Source: a virus. From it: a stretch of DNA of 64,000 nt. Each line of letters begins with the position of its first letter. The first letter of the stretch is position 1. The notes beneath the pieces are model-generated. The model was not told the origin of the DNA. It did no database searches and saw only the letters and a list, made by a program, of their open reading frames with translations. The position numbers were made by a program, and so were the translations under genes. Below are positions 61,971-64,000 of this stretch, one piece after another. The stretch lies in the IMG/VR virus record IMGVR_UViG_3300007640_000027; one strand, given 5' to 3'.

Positions 61971-62150
61971 ATGACATTACATCAAGAATTTCTTTATGTT
62001 AAGCGAATGATTAACAGTTGCATAACACCCAAACAAAAAGAAACAGCACATGACTGGGCATGGAACTGGTCAAAACTTATGAAGAACAAATATCCTGACT
62101 TAGTAATTTCACAAACCGATTTATTCTTAGATGTGATCGGAAGCGAATAA
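61971..62150 (+). CDS. Hypothetical protein (59 aa; not in ORF track)
   Basis: Hand-translated MTLHQEFLYVKRMINSC...; fills the gap between co-oriented genes. Confidence 0.55.
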   Translation: MTLHQEFLYVKRMINSCITPKQKETAHDWAWNWSKLMKNKYPDLVISQTDLFLDVIGSE

Positions 62151-62153
62151 ATA

Positions 62154-62453
62154 ATGAAAATGAAAGAAGTAAAAATTAAAGGACCAATCACAACAACAGG
62201 ATTTTATGTCACACATGAAAATTCCAACATCAATAAGGATACCGATTTAGGTATATTCCTTAACTGGTTACTCAAACACTATAATACCGCAACTGATGAT
62301 GTGAGCAAGAGTTTTTATTATACCAACTCTCAAAATCAAGAAGTTACCATCGCTGAGATTATAGAACACTTTAACAGAGATAATATGTTGGATTTTTTGA
62401 CAGAACAATCACAAGAGTTAAATTTAGGTTACAATAACACCGAAGAGAGATGA
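62154..62453 (+). CDS. Hypothetical protein
   Basis: ORF track. Confidence 0.55.
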   Translation: MKMKEVKIKGPITTTGFYVTHENSNINKDTDLGIFLNWLLKHYNTATDDVSKSFYYTNSQNQEVTIAEIIEHFNRDNMLDFLTEQSQELNLGYNNTEER

Positions 62454-62641
62454 AAGAAATAATATCTACAACGCCATTTGAGACAACAATTGGATTTTTA
62501 TATTGGCTCAACGAGACTCACAACTTAAGAGGTCTTAAGAATCAGAGTGGGACTATACCGATTGAAGAGTACCCATTAAAGTTACAATCCTTGTTGAAAG
62601 AGTATAACAAGAAATACCCCAATGGGTTAACTGGATGGTAA
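62450..62641 (+). CDS. Hypothetical protein
   Basis: ORF track, coupled. Confidence 0.55.
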   Translation: MKEIISTTPFETTIGFLYWLNETHNLRGLKNQSGTIPIEEYPLKLQSLLKEYNKKYPNGLTGW

Positions 62642-62664
62642 TAAACCTTTAACACCAAAGAGAA

Positions 62665-63021
62665 ATGAACAAACCATATAAAACATATACCATAGAATTT
62701 ACTGATCAACAAGGAAATACCTTCACCGTTGATTGTACAGATAATGTTAATATAAAAACAGAAAGTTTTAATGATGAATGTTTTACATCCATAAAATCTG
62801 AAAAATGGGATGTAGTTAAAACACATATTTTATATTCAACAGAAACTTTCTTACCCATCAAAGATCTTAAAGAAATTGAAAATAAAGATCAAAAATATAC
62901 CCAAAAAGAAAAAGATCTCATTTTTGATGTAATGAGATGGGCTGTCAAAGAAATAACAGGTAGATCATTAAGAGAATCAATAATCGAAATACTAGTTGAA
63001 GACTTTACCAAAGAAATTTGA
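62665..63021 (+). CDS. Hypothetical protein
   Basis: ORF track. Confidence 0.55.
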   Translation: MNKPYKTYTIEFTDQQGNTFTVDCTDNVNIKTESFNDECFTSIKSEKWDVVKTHILYSTETFLPIKDLKEIENKDQKYTQKEKDLIFDVMRWAVKEITGRSLRESIIEILVEDFTKEI

Positions 63022-63047
63022 CATTAAAGAAAACTTTTATATATTTG
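63017..63047 (+). promoter_or_regulatory. Bacteroidota-type primary-sigma promoter (-33 TTTG / -7 TAnnTTTG)
   Basis: TTTG 63017-63020, 19-nt spacer, TATATTTG 63040-63047. Confidence 0.75.
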
Positions 63048-63087
63048 TAACATATTTAATAAAAACACGGAAATACTTTATTTAAAA

Positions 63088-63174
63088 ATGAACAACCGAA
63101 TTAAACATAACATTTGTCTCTCAAACCAAAGATGGTTTAGCTATGTTATGCAAAATACGTTCGGGCACTCATGA
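63088..63174 (+). CDS. Putative attenuator leader peptide (28 aa)
   Basis: MNNRIKHNICLSNQRWFSYVMQNTFGHS*; A-rich start context; contains antiterminator strand GTTCGGGC. Confidence 0.6.
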   Translation: MNNRIKHNICLSNQRWFSYVMQNTFGHS

Positions 63175-63207
63175 TATAGTTAAGACAAACCAAATAACCA
63201 AAATATG

Positions 63208-63237
63208 AAGCCCGAACAGAAATGTTCGGGTTTTTTT
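63208..63237 (+). terminator. Intrinsic terminator (attenuator) upstream of tRNA array
   Basis: CCCGAACA-GAAA-TGTTCGGG followed by T7. Confidence 0.85.
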
Positions 63238-63259
63238 GTTTATATTTGTCCCGTTAAAA

Positions 63260-63271
63260 GTTCTTTGACAT
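63260..63271 (+). promoter_or_regulatory. boxA-like element
   Basis: GTTCTTTGACAT; similar copies at 40305-40316 and 63815-63826. Confidence 0.6.
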
Positions 63272-63286
63272 ATTGGAAGCCAAAAT

Positions 63287-63361
63287 AGTCACGTAGTTCA
63301 GTTGGTTTAGAACGCAACGCTGATACCGTTGAGGTCGCAGGTTCAAGTCCTGCCGTGACTA
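63287..63361 (+). tRNA. tRNA-Ile(GAT)
   Basis: AGTCACG/CGTGACT acceptor; CAACG-CTGATAC-CGTTG anticodon arm. Confidence 0.93.
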
Positions 63362-63367
63362 CTATAT

Positions 63368-63442
63368 GGACTAATAGTTTAACTGGATAAAACACTTGGC
63401 TACGGACCAAGAGATGTCAAGGTTCGAATCCAGTTATCACCA
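63368..63442 (+). pseudogene. Chimeric/degenerate tRNA-Arg(ACG)
   Basis: Good D and anticodon arms (CTTGG-CTACGGA-CCAAG); acceptor and T stems largely unpaired. Confidence 0.65.
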
Positions 63443-63448
63443 CAACAT

Positions 63449-63518
63449 TGCGTGGCTTAGAGGAAAAGAACTTTCTCTCATAAGGAAGGTCAATCGGGTT
63501 CGAACCCCGAACACGCAA
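63449..63518 (+). tRNA. Atypical tRNA-CAT (Met/Ile2) with reduced D-arm
   Basis: TGCGTG/CACGCA acceptor, CTCATAA loop, TCGGG-TTCGAAC-CCCGA T-arm; only about 70 nt. Confidence 0.55.
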
Positions 63519-63523
63519 CATCA

Positions 63524-63610
63524 GGAAGATTGGCTGAGTGGCTTAAAGCGGCACCCTGCTAAGGTGTTGACCTCGCAAGGGGTCCGAAGGTTCGAATCCT
63601 TCATCTTCCG
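63524..63610 (+). tRNA. tRNA-Ser(GCT)
   Basis: GGAAGAT/ATCTTCC-G; GCACC-CTGCTAA-GGTGT; long variable arm. Confidence 0.93.
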
Positions 63611-63667
63611 CAATGTTCAACGAATTGACCCGTTCAGTGACAATGAACACTTAAAAGTATTGAACAT

Positions 63668-63741
63668 TCCCTCTTAACTCAGTTGGCTAGAGTACCACAC
63701 TTTTAATGTGGGAGTCCAGGGTTCGAGTCCCTGAGGGGGAA
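63668..63741 (+). tRNA. tRNA-Lys(TTT)
   Basis: TCCCTCT/AGGGGGA; CCACA-CTTTTAA-TGTGG. Confidence 0.93.
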
Positions 63742-63842
63742 CAAATATTTTTTGATCATACTGTTGTCAGTTAATTATTTTTGACTTACATTTGTATCAC
63801 TGAAAAACAAACAGGTTCTTTGAAATATTAAAATAAAGAAAT

Positions 63843-63928
63843 GGTCGAGTGGTGGAATTGGTAGACACGCCAGACTTAAAATCTTGTGGACAGTAACGTC
63901 CGTGCGGGTTCGATTCCCGCCTCGACTA
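63843..63928 (+). tRNA. tRNA-Leu(TAA)
   Basis: GGTCGAG/CTCGACT-A; CTTAAAA loop; long variable arm. Confidence 0.9.
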
Positions 63929-63941
63929 CTATTAAATGTAT

Positions 63942-64000
63942 GCGCTCGTAGCTCAGCTGGATAGAGCATCTGCCTTCTAAGCAGACGGTCGTAGGTTCGA
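63942..64000 (+). tRNA. tRNA-Arg(TCT), truncated by window end
   Basis: TCTGC-CTTCTAA-GCAGA anticodon arm, GGTTCGA. Confidence 0.88.

Noticed and set aside
63396-63969. ORFs 63396-63677 (+) and 63775-63969 (-)
   Set aside because: They overlie tRNA genes; spurious.
1-64000. CRISPR array
   Set aside because: No regularly spaced direct repeats seen; the repeats found are coding low-complexity or terminator hairpins.
1-64000. Stop-codon recoding as in some huge phages
   Set aside because: Core genes are full length in code 11, and no suppressor tRNA appears in the visible part of the array.

Overview
This is an AT-rich 64-kb segment of a large T4-like (jumbo/huge) dsDNA phage, almost certainly infecting Bacteroidota. 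Host evidence: TAnnTTTG -7 promoters, Shine-Dalgarno-less A-rich translation starts, a Flavobacteriia-type bS21 and a tmRNA tag starting GET. Left to right it holds a sugar-modification cluster, PhoH, a gp55-like sigma factor and baseplate/virion genes. Next is the head module (major capsid, scaffold, prohead protease, portal, terminase) with rpsU/bS21 embedded on the opposite strand. Then come many late minus-strand genes with I/L-x-E N-terminal leaders (candidate head cargo), interleaved with plus-strand host-like genes (N-domain-less ClpC, peptidase, thioredoxin, SlyD, thioesterase, secreted nuclease, MarC). A tmRNA and the start of a tRNA array complete the window. The most striking unannotated element lies just before the tRNA array: a promoter, a 28-codon leader ORF using 16 different amino acids, and mutually exclusive antiterminator/terminator pairings. 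This looks like a ribosome-sensing attenuator that would turn on phage tRNAs when translation stalls. Other notable signals are boxA-like elements before each stable-RNA unit, a non-canonical long tmRNA tag, a sigma54-like promoter with three palindromic boxes between clpC and a UVR protein, and a late-promoter motif that is the reverse complement of the T4 one. All product calls come from motif recognition only; no database searches were run.
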